Of a stretch of DNA of 64,000 bases, positions 9,581-19,467 are shown one piece after another; position 1 is the first letter of the stretch, and the number at the start of each line of letters is the position of its first letter. A program made the translations under genes and the position numbers. The notes beneath the pieces were generated by a model. The model had not been told where the DNA came from. It worked only from the letters and a program-made list of their open reading frames with translations, and made no database searches. This DNA comes from a virus. Lineage: Duplodnaviria; Heunggongvirae; Uroviricota; Caudoviricetes. The stretch is from IMG/VR virus record IMGVR_UViG_3300032116_000040, positions 58,085 through 122,084 of that record. One strand, 5' to 3'.

Positions 9581-9597
9581 TTAAATAAATAATTAAT

Positions 9598-10098
9598 ATG
9601 AAACAAGAACGAGACATACATGACTTTCTAAAACCTCAAAAAGGAAAGGTCAAACAAGGTTATTTTACTCCAATGAATCCTGAAAAATATTCGGGAGACG
9701 TTTCAAAGATAATTTACAGATCAAGCTGGGAACTTAAGTTTCTATCCTACTGTGATAACACTGAAGCAGTAGTCGAATATGCATCCGAACCCGTTCCAAT
9801 CGCCTATTGGAATCCGATCCTAAAAAAAGAATCTACTTATTGGGTTGACTGTTACATGGCAACCAAGTCGCCGGATGGAGAGATCACAAAATGGCTCATT
9901 GAGGTCAAGCCTCAAAAGTATCTGACTCCACCCGAAGCTCCAAATAGATTGACTGAGAAGGCGACTCTTAATTATGCTAGACACGCTAAAGCTTACATCA
10001 TCAATGATGCTAAGTTTAGGGCAGCAAAAGTTTATGCCAAAAAGAATAATATGAGGTTTGGAATAATTACAGAAAACTTTCTGTTCAATAAGGTGTAG
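9598..10098 (+). CDS. hypothetical protein (166 aa)
   Basis: ORF track. TTAAATAAATAATTAAT directly upstream. Confidence 0.5.
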   Translation: MKQERDIHDFLKPQKGKVKQGYFTPMNPEKYSGDVSKIIYRSSWELKFLSYCDNTEAVVEYASEPVPIAYWNPILKKESTYWVDCYMATKSPDGEITKWLIEVKPQKYLTPPEAPNRLTEKATLNYARHAKAYIINDAKFRAAKVYAKKNNMRFGIITENFLFNKV

Positions 10099-10106
10099 AA
10101 TATTAG

Positions 10107-10727
10107 GTGAAAGACTTTAAAGACATACAAAAGAACGATGGATCCCTATCACTTAACGAGTCGGCTCGAAGAATAGGAATTGTTCAAAGAAGAAATGAGG
10201 TCATTCCAGGAAGGTTTTACTCCTTTAGGGCACAGGTAGAAGTTCCAAGCCTAACCGAAGAAATCGTTAGAGAGATTTCCGGTAAAAATTACATGGATCT
10301 AAGCCCAGTCGGTCTTTTATTATTTCACGATAATTGGAAAGAGACTGCTCTTGTCTTAAACCTAAAGGCGATGCCGCCTAGGGCAAGCGCAAAGATCCTC
10401 GAAGCATACTGGAAGTTTTCTCAGCTCAACGGTCTAAATAACTTGTTCGATAAGGACGGCGCTCTTCGTTCTATTGAAGAGAGAAGATTAATCGATCAGA
10501 GGTTCTATCTTATCACTCCTTCGGCCTTGAGCACTATACTTGGGGTAAACAACTTAAATTACGCAATAAATAAATATAACATGGACCAAATACTTGAGGC
10601 TCGATTAATAGACTGGGATAACTTCGGCATGCTAGTCAATCCTGCGCTTACTATAGAGGGCATGTTTCCAGATCCAATAAATCTGGCAGTGGTCTGGGAA
10701 GACTTTTTAACAAATACATTATCATAA
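10107..10727 (+). CDS. hypothetical protein (206 aa, GTG start in track)
   Basis: ORF track. The start codon is uncertain. Confidence 0.4.
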   Translation: MKDFKDIQKNDGSLSLNESARRIGIVQRRNEVIPGRFYSFRAQVEVPSLTEEIVREISGKNYMDLSPVGLLLFHDNWKETALVLNLKAMPPRASAKILEAYWKFSQLNGLNNLFDKDGALRSIEERRLIDQRFYLITPSALSTILGVNNLNYAINKYNMDQILEARLIDWDNFGMLVNPALTIEGMFPDPINLAVVWEDFLTNTLS

Positions 10728-10728
10728 T

Positions 10729-12450
10729 ATGGCAGGATTTTTAGACACATCAGGAAAAAAAGTAAGCGGCACGCTATCAAGCTTAAGTAAGTTTGGTACT
10801 CGACACGAAGACCTTTTGCTTAGAAACTCACAAGCGATCGGTTTTATCGAAAGCCAGCTACAGTCTAGAACGTCTAGACTAAACGCAAATGACGAGCTTC
10901 TTAAGTTCTCAATGGCCATCTCAGATACTACTTCTCAACTAAGAACCAAAGCAATTGCCTTTTTTCAATTGGACTATGTAGTTAAGAGAGAAAGACTAAG
11001 GGATGTTGCCTCCAATGGAGAAATCGAGTTTGTTCTTGAGACCATCGTTGATGACATGATAGTCTACGATGAGGAACAACGTTTTCTCTATCCTAGGGAC
11101 CTAACGGGCAAGATCTTTTATCGTGGTGATACTAAAGAAGAGCGTTTAAACTTTCAAGAAAAAGTACTTAAAAAGTACAATGATAACTTTGAAAGAGTTT
11201 ATAATTCTTGGGGATTCGCCGAAGGTATCGCTGCATGGCAATATGCCTTCCAGTTCTTGGTAGAAGGTCACCTTTCCTTTGAGATCATCTATGATAATCT
11301 AGAAAAACCTAAAGAGATAATTGGATTTAAGGAATTGGATCCCGCCAGCATAGCCCCTCAATTACAAAAGGATGCTAAGGGCAAGATCTTTTTACAGTGG
11401 TTACAGTACGATCAGCAGACTGGTTCTACCAGGGTTCTTAACGATTCTCAGGTGATCTATATTTCTTATGCTAATCATTTTAGGACCAAACGCGTTAGCT
11501 TTGTTGAACGATTGATTAGATCCTTTAACCTATTAAGGATAGTTGAACACAGTAAAGTTATTTGGCACGTAATGAATGCTCCAATCCGACTTACTACAAC
11601 AGTTCCCATTGGAAGTAAAAGCTTTCAAAAAGGACAGGAAGACGTTCGAGAGTTCTTAAACTTATTTAAAGAGGATATTTATTTTAATGGGGACACTGGA
11701 GAATTAAACGTTGATGGTAAACCAAACATCATGTTCTATAAGAATTATATCATGCCGGTAAACGACCAAAACCAGCAAGTAAAGATCGAGACTCTTCAGA
11801 CTCCTGGACCAAACCTTTCTGGCTCAGAGCTCTTAAATTACTTCTATAAAAAACTAAAAATGGATTCTAAGATTCCTTATTCTAGGTGGGAAGGTCAATC
11901 TGGAATGGGTGCGTTTACTCTCAATGCTGAGGGTATAACTAGGGAAGAAGTTAGGTATCAGAAATTTATTAATCGATTAAGATCGGCCTTTTCAGAAATG
12001 ATGGTGAAACCTTGGTACTTACAAATGTGTTTAGATTTTCCGGAACTTGCCGATGATTATAAGTTTAACAACGCGATAGGAGTTAAGTATCACAACGATA
12101 ACGTCTTTGAGGAGATGAAGAAGAATGATATTGAAGCTAAACGAATCGCTGCATTCACCGCTAAGAAAGGAATCATGAAAGACGATGGAACTCCATACTT
12201 TGCTACTGAATACTTGATTAGAGAGGAGCTTAAAATGACAGATGTTGAGATCGAAGCCAACAAGACATGGTTTGATCAACAGATCAAAGATGAAGAGGCT
12301 GCAGCAGCCGCTGCCGCTCCAGGCGGTGCTCCAGGCGGTGCTCCACCTGCTCCAGGAGGAGGCGCTCCAGCAGCCGCCGCTGCAGCTCCGGCAGAAGGAG
12401 GTGGCGAGGTGAAGGAGGGAGGAGAAACTTCTGGTGAAGGTCAGCTTTAA
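10729..12450 (+). CDS. 20: portal protein, gp20-like, with an Ala/Gly/Pro-rich low-complexity C-terminal tail
   Basis: IVDDMIVYDEEQRF and SFNLLRIVEHSKVIWHVMNAPIRL align with T4 gp20 IVSDAIVYEDDTEV and [21 protein letters not shown]. Size 573 aa. Confidence 0.6.
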   Translation: MAGFLDTSGKKVSGTLSSLSKFGTRHEDLLLRNSQAIGFIESQLQSRTSRLNANDELLKFSMAISDTTSQLRTKAIAFFQLDYVVKRERLRDVASNGEIEFVLETIVDDMIVYDEEQRFLYPRDLTGKIFYRGDTKEERLNFQEKVLKKYNDNFERVYNSWGFAEGIAAWQYAFQFLVEGHLSFEIIYDNLEKPKEIIGFKELDPASIAPQLQKDAKGKIFLQWLQYDQQTGSTRVLNDSQVIYISYANHFRTKRVSFVERLIRSFNLLRIVEHSKVIWHVMNAPIRLTTTVPIGSKSFQKGQEDVREFLNLFKEDIYFNGDTGELNVDGKPNIMFYKNYIMPVNDQNQQVKIETLQTPGPNLSGSELLNYFYKKLKMDSKIPYSRWEGQSGMGAFTLNAEGITREEVRYQKFINRLRSAFSEMMVKPWYLQMCLDFPELADDYKFNNAIGVKYHNDNVFEEMKKNDIEAKRIAAFTAKKGIMKDDGTPYFATEYLIREELKMTDVEIEANKTWFDQQIKDEEAAAAAAAPGGAPGGAPPAPGGGAPAAAAAAPAEGGGEVKEGGETSGEGQL

Positions 12451-12463
12451 TAAGTAAAATCAT

Positions 12464-12478
12464 TTTAGTATAATAGTC
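12464..12478 (+). promoter_or_regulatory. TTTAGTATAATAGTC -10-like promoter box
   Basis: 16 nt upstream of the ATG at 12492. The same TATAATAGTC core recurs at 22026-22039. Confidence 0.4.
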
Positions 12479-12491
12479 AAAAATTATACTT

Positions 12492-12875
12492 ATGAAAGAA
12501 AAAACCACACAGCTAGTAGATAGGCTTCTAGATCTACCTAAATTAATTGAAGATTTTCAAACTAAAGCTCTTGCTGTCAATGATGCGGTTCAGGAAACTT
12601 CTGAACTAATCGTTTCTAGAGAATCTGAGATAAAATCTGAGATCAATGCTGCAACTGATGAGAATGGTAAAAAACTCTATTCTAATGAGGAGTCAAGAAA
12701 GATTGCCTTTTTAGCAGATTCAAAAGAAGACTCAACCTTGACTCATCTCTATTCAAAAATGAAGGAGCTAAACCATCAAGTATCAATCATTAGGATCGCT
12801 ATCGAAAGTTATTCAAATGAGCAGAGAAACATTCGATCTATTTTAGGAGTAATTAATAGTATTTCTGAATCTTAA
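12492..12875 (+). CDS. hypothetical coiled-coil protein (127 aa)
   Basis: ORF track. Confidence 0.45.
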   Translation: MKEKTTQLVDRLLDLPKLIEDFQTKALAVNDAVQETSELIVSRESEIKSEINAATDENGKKLYSNEESRKIAFLADSKEDSTLTHLYSKMKELNHQVSIIRIAIESYSNEQRNIRSILGVINSISES

Positions 12876-13249
12876 TCATAGAACATCGCAAAGGAGTTCT
12901 TAAGTTCAGGTATGTTTATAAGAAGCACGAAGATATCACGATTAGACTTTTCATCCGGATATAGTGAAGGAGAAACTGTGATCTGTCTTTTTCGTGCTTC
13001 TGCGACATACTTATTGATCTGACCAGTCGCATCCCTACTTAATCCACCTGGATCAATTGAGTATTCAAATAGATAGCTGTCTAAGTCTATTCCAAAATCC
13101 GGTTCTCCTAACACTTCTCCCTTTCTAGTAAAAAGAGTCATTTTTACCTGTTGAACCGCTGATTCGATCTCATCACTAATTTCCAAACGATCTTCTAAGT
13201 ATTTTGGATCCTCGTTTGTTCTAGTATAAAAGTCTCTAAGAATTGCCAT
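12872..13249 (-). CDS. 25: baseplate wedge protein, gp25 / GpW family
   Basis: LFTRKGEVLGEPDFGIDLDSYLFEY matches T4 gp25 ITTRKGSRPFDPEFGCDLSDQLFEN. Size 125 aa. Confidence 0.7.
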   Translation of the reverse strand: MAILRDFYTRTNEDPKYLEDRLEISDEIESAVQQVKMTLFTRKGEVLGEPDFGIDLDSYLFEYSIDPGGLSRDATGQINKYVAEARKRQITVSPSLYPDEKSNRDIFVLLINIPELKNSFAMFYD

Positions 13250-13263
13250 AATTATGTGTAATT

Positions 13264-13998
13264 TTACTGTCTAGTTAAATACATCCAATCCGGTGTATTT
13301 TCTCCCTTCATCATTGTTTTTACGTCCTCCATCTCTTTCTCAGCTGTCGTAACGATGTTTTGATAATTTACGGTTACTCCACCAGGAAGAGTATAGTTAA
13401 AAGTCTGAAGCATGTGAGCTAGTCTTACTTTGGCATGAGCTCTGACGTATCTTTGAAACATCTCATCCTCAAATAACTTATCCTGATCTAGCTTTTTATA
13501 CACTCTAATCACTCCGTTTGTAGCAGGCGTTCTACCTATTACTCCAAGAAGCTTGCTGTTCTTATTATAATCGTATGCAATCGTGTCCAGCATCATGGCT
13601 TTAGTTAGGTCTAGAAAGGAAAACATCACCGTCCTATACATGATACTCTCTCCGATAAATGGAGTCAAAAATATCTCAGATCCTATGAATTTCTGTTCTG
13701 CAAAATCACGATCAATTGTTGCAAAAATAGATCCTCCCTTAGCTTCTTTAAAGTCTACCACAAACTGCACACAGTCAGGTAATTGGATCTGTCTGTGTTT
13801 TTTAAATGTCGGATTAGTAAAAAGTTCTCTAGGAAGTAATAGATACCGACCTTCGACCGCATGTCTCCAGTTATCCCAAAAATACTTAGAATCAATATCG
13901 ATTATTCTCTTTATCTCTTTTTCTGGAAGACCATACGGTAATGCTCCTGAGAAAGTTATCTCATCATTTATGTCCTGAAGTAATTGTTGTTCGGTCAT
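13264..13998 (-). CDS. hypothetical protein (244 aa), possibly baseplate-associated given its position next to gp25
   Basis: ORF track. Context only. Confidence 0.45.
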   Translation of the reverse strand: MTEQQLLQDINDEITFSGALPYGLPEKEIKRIIDIDSKYFWDNWRHAVEGRYLLLPRELFTNPTFKKHRQIQLPDCVQFVVDFKEAKGGSIFATIDRDFAEQKFIGSEIFLTPFIGESIMYRTVMFSFLDLTKAMMLDTIAYDYNKNSKLLGVIGRTPATNGVIRVYKKLDQDKLFEDEMFQRYVRAHAKVRLAHMLQTFNYTLPGGVTVNYQNIVTTAEKEMEDVKTMMKGENTPDWMYLTRQ

Positions 13999-14002
13999 TT
14001 AA

Positions 14003-14446
14003 TTATTGATTTTTACCAGTTCCGTTTCCTCTCTCATCACTAAATCTAACGCTTGATTTATCAATGTCTATGTTAAAGTCTTTGTCTCCCATGGATCTAC
14101 CTAGAGCTCTTTGATTTTTTCGAGCAATAACATCATCCTGTTTTCCAGCTCTTTCCATCGAGTTCTTCATCACCTGGTCTAGTGCTTGAGCCTTCATTTT
14201 CTTTTTCCAATCGCTATGAAAGATCATGTTCATTGCTCTAGTAATATCTACTTCCTGTACATAACCGTTGTATCGACTTGGGTTCCTTGCCGCTTTTTCA
14301 TTAGCCAGTTCCCTAGCGATCGACATGATTGAAGTATACAGTCCGCCTAGTGCTCCTTGAACCATTCCCTTAAAGTTAGTTGGATAAACGACTTCCTTGG
14401 TCGATTCTGTAATAAACTGGTGATATGTTTGTATCTTTCTTTCCAT
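14003..14446 (-). CDS. hypothetical protein with capsid-targeting-sequence-like N-terminus (MERKIQTYHQFITES)
   Basis: ORF track. N-terminal motif family. Confidence 0.5.
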   Translation of the reverse strand: MERKIQTYHQFITESTKEVVYPTNFKGMVQGALGGLYTSIMSIARELANEKAARNPSRYNGYVQEVDITRAMNMIFHSDWKKKMKAQALDQVMKNSMERAGKQDDVIARKNQRALGRSMGDKDFNIDIDKSSVRFSDERGNGTGKNQ

Positions 14447-14754
14447 TATGTATTAGTTGGTGCAGGAGCGGCAGGTTTAGTCTGAGTCTGATTAGCTGCC
14501 GCATTTTTTGCAGCCTGAGTAGCCGCTGCTGCCTTTGCTGTAAGCTCTTTAATCTTGGTGTCCTCCTGCTGTTTTATCTGCTCTAATTGTTTTTCAAGAT
14601 TTCTCTTTTGGTCTCTAATTTGTATTAAAGCCGGATCCGTAAGAAGAGCAGAGTCATCCTCTTCAATCATTTGAGGGTTTGCTCCAGCTTCCACTTCTTT
14701 GTTTGCTTTCTTTTCAGCATTTTGAAAGCTCTTAAAACTTTTTATGTACGACAT
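14446..14754 (-). CDS. Lys/Ala-rich coiled-coil protein (102 aa), N-terminus MSYIKSFKSFQNAE
   Basis: ORF track. AAATAAATAATAAAAAAG motif at 14765-14784, which is 20 nt upstream. Confidence 0.45.
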   Translation of the reverse strand: MSYIKSFKSFQNAEKKANKEVEAGANPQMIEEDDSALLTDPALIQIRDQKRNLEKQLEQIKQQEDTKIKELTAKAAAATQAAKNAAANQTQTKPAAPAPTNT

Positions 14755-14772
14755 TACGGCCTTTCTTTTTTA

Positions 14773-15048
14773 TTATTTATTTGTAAATCCTTTAGAGGTG
14801 TCGATAAACTCCTGATAAGATAAGACTCTTAGTTTTTTCTTCATCCTAGGGTTAGATCCAAATGCGCTGGTTAACCTACCTCCGCTTAGAAACGGAGAAT
14901 TATTCCAATGGGATGGAATGGTCCCAGACGCACCCGAATAAAACATCATGGCGCTTGCTCTGCTGGTATCCGGCTCTAATATTCTATTGACCGAATCTGT
15001 CTCCATTGAGATCGCTCCAAAGCCTTCAACTAATCTCTTAAGTCTCAT
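14773..15048 (-). CDS. hypothetical protein (91 aa)
   Basis: ORF track. Confidence 0.4.
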   Translation of the reverse strand: MRLKRLVEGFGAISMETDSVNRILEPDTSRASAMMFYSGASGTIPSHWNNSPFLSGGRLTSAFGSNPRMKKKLRVLSYQEFIDTSKGFTNK

Positions 15049-15049
15049 G

Positions 15050-15526
15050 TTATTCTTCTGGAAAGTTCAATTCGTCAGACGGTTGGTCTAGTGAGAATGC
15101 GGGAGATTGCGGTTCCATTTGTTTTGAAAAATTAAGATCAGTATCGTCCATTGTAATGTCGTCCTTTTTAGAAGTTTTATCTTCATGATCTTCTTCTCCA
15201 GTAGTCTGGTTAATAAGTTCTTCCTGATTGCTATCGATGAATTGTTTTAGTCCCATGCAAATTAAAGGGTTGATCTTATCACAACGATCCAATAATTCCT
15301 GTACAGTTAAATTCATCACATCAGGTTGAGGCAATCCCTTTGCTTCCTGATCCATTTCTCCTGGAGTCTCATCATCAAATCCAAAATCAGGCATAAGTTG
15401 AGCTGGAGATTGAACTGGTGCAGGAGGTGCCATGTCCTGCATCTGAGGCTGCATCTGATCCGCACCATTCATCGGCATCTGTTGAATATCATCTGCCTCA
15501 TAAAGTCTTTTAATTGAAGTTATCAT
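15050..15526 (-). CDS. acidic Gln/Met/Pro-rich hypothetical protein (158 aa)
   Basis: ORF track. GATAAATAATAC motif upstream. Confidence 0.45.
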   Translation of the reverse strand: MITSIKRLYEADDIQQMPMNGADQMQPQMQDMAPPAPVQSPAQLMPDFGFDDETPGEMDQEAKGLPQPDVMNLTVQELLDRCDKINPLICMGLKQFIDSNQEELINQTTGEEDHEDKTSKKDDITMDDTDLNFSKQMEPQSPAFSLDQPSDELNFPEE

Positions 15527-15593
15527 AATTGAGTGTTATTTTATAGTATTATTTATCCTGAAACCTAAGTACCGTTTTGAGATATAATAAAAC

Positions 15594-15860
15594 ATGAATG
15601 AAAAAGAAATAGCTGGAGCATCATCTGCTCTAAAAAAGGAGCTCCATGATTCCATACGTAAAAAACTTGATCAGATTCGTGAAAATTTAATTCTTGAAAA
15701 AGGATCAGATAAACCTTCTTATTACCAGATGTTGATTAATGTGGATGAGGAGCTAGACGACGTTCTACTCAACTGGGATTATTCTCCGATAAATCCTCGT
15801 CTTTCGTTTCAAGACCAATACGACCTAGGCGATGCGGAAGATGACGACGACTTAGTTTAG
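15594..15860 (+). CDS. small acidic hypothetical protein (88 aa)
   Basis: TAGTATTAT box upstream. It overlaps the alternative minus-strand ORF 15769..15966, so only one of the two is likely real. Confidence 0.35.
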   Translation: MNEKEIAGASSALKKELHDSIRKKLDQIRENLILEKGSDKPSYYQMLINVDEELDDVLLNWDYSPINPRLSFQDQYDLGDAEDDDDLV

Positions 15861-15970
15861 CCTTTTTCTTCCTTTTAGGATTCGATCCATATATCGACCA
15901 TCCGTCTGGACCCTGATTGATTCTCGCCAAGTCTAAAAATTCTTTAAAGTTTTCAACTATTCTCATAGCA

Positions 15971-16567
15971 TTAGTGACTCATTAAGGCTCCACCCAAAGA
16001 TGAAGCATGCACTGCAAGATGATTGATTGATTCAACATCAAGTCGTGTCTTTCTTTTAGTATAATCTAAGCCTAGGACACCTATGAATTTATCATCGATG
16101 GTTTTTATCGAGAAAAGATATCCAGATTTACAATTAGATTCTTCTGCAACGTACTTTAAACCGTATGTCGCTACAGCATCGTCCTTGTAATCAGGTATCT
16201 CAATAGTATCTGCGCTCAATAACTGATTCATCGATTTAGTAAAGAGATTTACCGGAATATTTTGAAAATTGCTTTGAATTGAAGAAGTATTTGGTGAAAC
16301 AGTCTCATAGATGACGCTAAACTTTGCAATTGATTTACCGGTAGGGTAAAAATGACCGCCGTTGTGAAATTGGGTCACCCAAACACGATCCGCTTTGAAC
16401 TCTTCTCTGATATGATCGAGCCTAGCCATTACAAGTTCACCGGTCTTAAGAGCCTCTGTCAACATGTCAGGTTTATTTCGGTCTAATCGGTTTTTGATCA
16501 GTAATATTAAGACTGGGCCCAGTACACCAGTTATGAAAGCTATTGTTATTGCAGTAAATGATTCCAT
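15971..16567 (-). CDS. membrane-anchored hypothetical protein (N-terminal TM helix)
   Basis: Hydrophobic N-terminus ITIAFITGVLGPVLILLI. Confidence 0.5.
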   Translation of the reverse strand: MESFTAITIAFITGVLGPVLILLIKNRLDRNKPDMLTEALKTGELVMARLDHIREEFKADRVWVTQFHNGGHFYPTGKSIAKFSVIYETVSPNTSSIQSNFQNIPVNLFTKSMNQLLSADTIEIPDYKDDAVATYGLKYVAEESNCKSGYLFSIKTIDDKFIGVLGLDYTKRKTRLDVESINHLAVHASSLGGALMSH

Positions 16568-16591
16568 GGCTAGATAAATTTAAAGAGATTT

Positions 16592-17590
16592 TTACATGTT
16601 GCATCCGCAAGAATAACCGTATTCATTTGATATCGGAACTTCTCCACACATATGACACGTATCATCATCTTCATCATGATCGTGATCATAATCTTCAAAA
16701 TACTCATCATCTTCCCAAGGATTAGATCCAAAATCCTCATATTCAGCTTGATCTTGTGCTTTATAATGGTGTCCTCCTCTTTTCCAAAAAGCTGCATCTT
16801 TGGTCGTTGCACCTAAGAGTGAAGCTACTCCTAATGCTGCCGCAACTCCTCCGCTAATAAACATTGCTGCTGGAATAATACTTAATCCTGCACCAATTGT
16901 AATTCCTCCAAGTATCTTATGAATTATTTTTCGAACTTTGAATTCATTTTCGTCCATTCCCAAAGATTCATAGTCTCTTTCTCTAGGATTTGAGCCAGTC
17001 TCAAGATCTTCAATTTCATCCTTAACCAACTCGTTGAATTCTTCGGGGTTTGATTCTAAATATTCTGAAAGGATTTTCTTTTCTCTATACGTTAGTGAAT
17101 CAACTGCTTCCTCTGCTTGTAAAGAAAGATCATTATCTTTCTGTGAAGAATAATCTTCATGATTTTCATTAACGAATTGTGAAAATCCTTTTACTAGAGT
17201 AAAACCTTCTTCTACCTTCTTTTTTGGATTTGCACCAGCTTCTGGATTTCCTTCTTCTACTTCATCAGTCTCCTCTTCTTCAGATTCTTCCTCTTCAGAT
17301 TCTTCATTCTCAGGTTCATCTGACTCCATCTCTTCAGGGGCATTCATTTCTTGGGTGTTTTGTGATGAAAATGCAGGTGAACCCTCTTCTCCAGGAGAAG
17401 CAGGAGTAGTCTCATAGTTTCCAGAAACAGGTCTGTTTGGTCCTATTTGAGGCTGATCATAAGTATCATCATCAAACCCTTCTTCAAAGTTAGAAGATGC
17501 GTTTTTTATGTCATCGATATTAGAAGGTTCGTTACTTCCGCTAGAATATTTGTCAGAAAATTCATTAAAATTTAAAACTCTACCCGGCAT
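16592..17590 (-). CDS. very acidic protein with a C-terminal TM segment and a terminal Cys cluster (CHMCGEV...CGC)
   Basis: EESEEEESEEEETDEVEE run. GGITIGAGLSIIPAAMFISGGVAAALGVASLLG hydrophobic segment. N-terminus VLNFNEFSDKY. Confidence 0.5.
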   Translation of the reverse strand: MPGRVLNFNEFSDKYSSGSNEPSNIDDIKNASSNFEEGFDDDTYDQPQIGPNRPVSGNYETTPASPGEEGSPAFSSQNTQEMNAPEEMESDEPENEESEEEESEEEETDEVEEGNPEAGANPKKKVEEGFTLVKGFSQFVNENHEDYSSQKDNDLSLQAEEAVDSLTYREKKILSEYLESNPEEFNELVKDEIEDLETGSNPRERDYESLGMDENEFKVRKIIHKILGGITIGAGLSIIPAAMFISGGVAAALGVASLLGATTKDAAFWKRGGHHYKAQDQAEYEDFGSNPWEDDEYFEDYDHDHDEDDDTCHMCGEVPISNEYGYSCGCNM

Positions 17591-17642
17591 TGTGTATAAT
17601 TATTTTAGTTATTTATCTTATGCTCACTTGAAGTTTAGATGA

Positions 17643-17873
17643 ATGATTCTAAAAATAATTTGTTTTATGCCAATTAAAGTAAAAGATGATTTTCGTAAAA
17701 ATGACCTAAGTCTTATCCCAGGAGGATCTGAGGTCACAACCTTGTCAAAAGACGGTCGCTTGTTAGTTTACGATAAGGTAAAAAATGTAGAGAGATACTG
17801 TGCCACCCTAAAAAAAGATCCAAATATTATTGAGATAAGGGTGAACGACGAAATCTATTGGAAAAGTAACTAA
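17643..17873 (+). CDS. hypothetical protein (76 aa)
   Basis: ORF track. Confidence 0.35.
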   Translation: MILKIICFMPIKVKDDFRKNDLSLIPGGSEVTTLSKDGRLLVYDKVKNVERYCATLKKDPNIIEIRVNDEIYWKSN

Positions 17874-17886
17874 ATAAATCTAGAAT

Positions 17887-18300
17887 ATGACAGAAGAAAT
17901 GGAAAAGTTAATTGGAGTCTATTATGAAGATTCAATTGAGCTGCCTGAAAACCGACTTCTTTGTTTTAAAAGAGTCCTAAATTACAAGTTCACTGATCGC
18001 CATGCAGTAAAAGTATCAATCGATGATCTTGAGACCGGCTCGAGCATTGAATTGGGAATGTATTTTGATGCTACGTGGACGTTTAGTTCTCCAATGAATG
18101 AACGAACTTTCTGGCAACATGTAAAGTCTAACATTCACAGTTTTAGAGAAGTCTTTGATCGCATGAGAATAAAGGTTCCTAGAATAAAAGAGTTTCATTC
18201 TTATCGAATAAAATTTACGCAGACTGCCTGCAGTGTGTCGTCAAACTTAGATAAATTAACCGCAATCTTTAAAAGCAAACCAAATGGGCCGAATGTATAA
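17887..18300 (+). CDS. hypothetical protein (137 aa)
   Basis: ORF track. Confidence 0.45.
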   Translation: MTEEMEKLIGVYYEDSIELPENRLLCFKRVLNYKFTDRHAVKVSIDDLETGSSIELGMYFDATWTFSSPMNERTFWQHVKSNIHSFREVFDRMRIKVPRIKEFHSYRIKFTQTACSVSSNLDKLTAIFKSKPNGPNV

Positions 18301-18556
18301 AATAGTAGAAACTGATGTCGATGTTGAGATCGAATTTGAAGATGTCATGGAATACATTAATTGTCATGCATCAGATTCCGAAATAGCTGAGATCCTCGAA
18401 GAGATTAGTGAACCTGCTAAAGAACAAAAGTCTAATTCTGGACTTGAAGGTTCCTACGTTATAGAAGAAAAAATGACCCTATTGAACTTAGCTGCAAAAA
18501 AGTATACTCTTGAAGAGCTTGAGCGAAAATTAGGTAATAAGTTCGATTTAATGTAA
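18284..18556 (+). CDS. hypothetical acidic protein (90 aa)
   Basis: ORF track. Confidence 0.4.
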   Translation: MGRMYKIVETDVDVEIEFEDVMEYINCHASDSEIAEILEEISEPAKEQKSNSGLEGSYVIEEKMTLLNLAAKKYTLEELERKLGNKFDLM

Positions 18557-18570
18557 ATTTGATATAAAAA

Positions 18571-18630
18571 ACCCGCTAAGTGTGGGCGACCGTGTTTCAC
18601 AATCCATTAACCATAGCGGGTGTATTAAAA
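18571..18630. terminator. hairpin-containing intergenic element between convergent genes, possibly a bidirectional terminator
   Basis: CCCGCTA (about 18576-18582) pairs with TAGCGGG (about 18616-18622). On the minus strand the hairpin is followed by TTTTTT. Confidence 0.3.
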
Positions 18631-18686
18631 GACTCGCTCTGGGACGCTGTTCTAATGGGTAGCGTAGCAAGTACTGTTAGTCACAA

Positions 18687-19460
18687 TTAAATTTTTTCCC
18701 AAGTTCCTCTTTGTGGAATTGATGCTGCTGTGTAATTATTTGACATTGATCTTCCGAGGTGAAATACTTGACCTGCTGAATTTGGCTCGCCTAATCGTTC
18801 AATTCGATATTCTTCTCCGCCATATTTAACAACATCACCTACTCTCAGTGTTCTATCATCAGATCGATCAGCTTGATCCATTCCTCGTAAATCAATGCGA
18901 TCCTTTATGTAGTCTGGAATATCTGACCAGTCTGCTGAGCTATACTCGTTTGCGATATCTTCTTCTATTCCATCTAAATCTAACATACGCAAAGCATCAG
19001 CACGCTGGTCGTCAGTAAGTGACTTCCATGCCATGCGTTTGTTGCTTGAATGCAATCGAATAGTAAAGGGATCCATTCTTTTTTTATTTACGTCATCGTC
19101 GTCTTCCATCCAGTCTCTATTCGACTCTTCATTTATGTAGCTTTCAAAAGTCTTGACAAACATGCCCTCTTCTAAAAATGGATTTCTTTTTCTATTTACA
19201 GGAACCGCTACTTGATTTTTTAAAAAGTTATACACTTCTTGGATATCGTCTGCTGAAGATGCGATGTGATCTACTGCCCATTCGTGACCGTTCTTTAGGA
19301 TTTCATCAATTTGAGTTCTATCCATTTGAACAAGTTCGTCAATGATTCTTTTCATGGTTTCAAGGTTTCCAAAAAACATGTAGTTTAGATCAGATTCTTT
19401 AGCTCTAATACAGTTGTCAGACGTCCCTCCACACCCACATGAACACTCGTTAATTCTCAT
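18687..19460 (-). CDS. hypothetical protein (257 aa) with an N-terminal Cys cluster (CSCGCGG)
   Basis: ORF track. Confidence 0.5.
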   Translation of the reverse strand: MRINECSCGCGGTSDNCIRAKESDLNYMFFGNLETMKRIIDELVQMDRTQIDEILKNGHEWAVDHIASSADDIQEVYNFLKNQVAVPVNRKRNPFLEEGMFVKTFESYINEESNRDWMEDDDDVNKKRMDPFTIRLHSSNKRMAWKSLTDDQRADALRMLDLDGIEEDIANEYSSADWSDIPDYIKDRIDLRGMDQADRSDDRTLRVGDVVKYGGEEYRIERLGEPNSAGQVFHLGRSMSNNYTAASIPQRGTWEKI

Positions 19461-19467
19461 ATCAAAC

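Noticed and set aside
12284-12508. Minus-strand 74-aa ORF rich in Leu/Arg/Glu across the portal 3' end
   Set aside because: It is the antisense reading of the GCN-rich Ala/Gly/Pro repeat region of the portal gene.
15769-15966. Minus-strand 65-aa ORF (MRIVENFKEFLDLAR...) overlapping 15594..15860
   Set aside because: This is plausible, because it sits 4 nt downstream of the 15971..16567 gene and has a capsid-targeting-sequence-like N-terminus. It conflicts with the plus-strand ORF, which has a promoter-like box. I could not decide between them, so I listed the plus ORF at low confidence.
18560-18690. Possible tRNA or structured ncRNA in the 130-nt convergent intergenic region
   Set aside because: I found a GTTCTAATGGG T-loop-like string and CCCGCTA/TAGCGGG pairing, but I could not fold a cloverleaf with proper acceptor, D and anticodon arms. 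It is more likely a long-loop bidirectional terminator.
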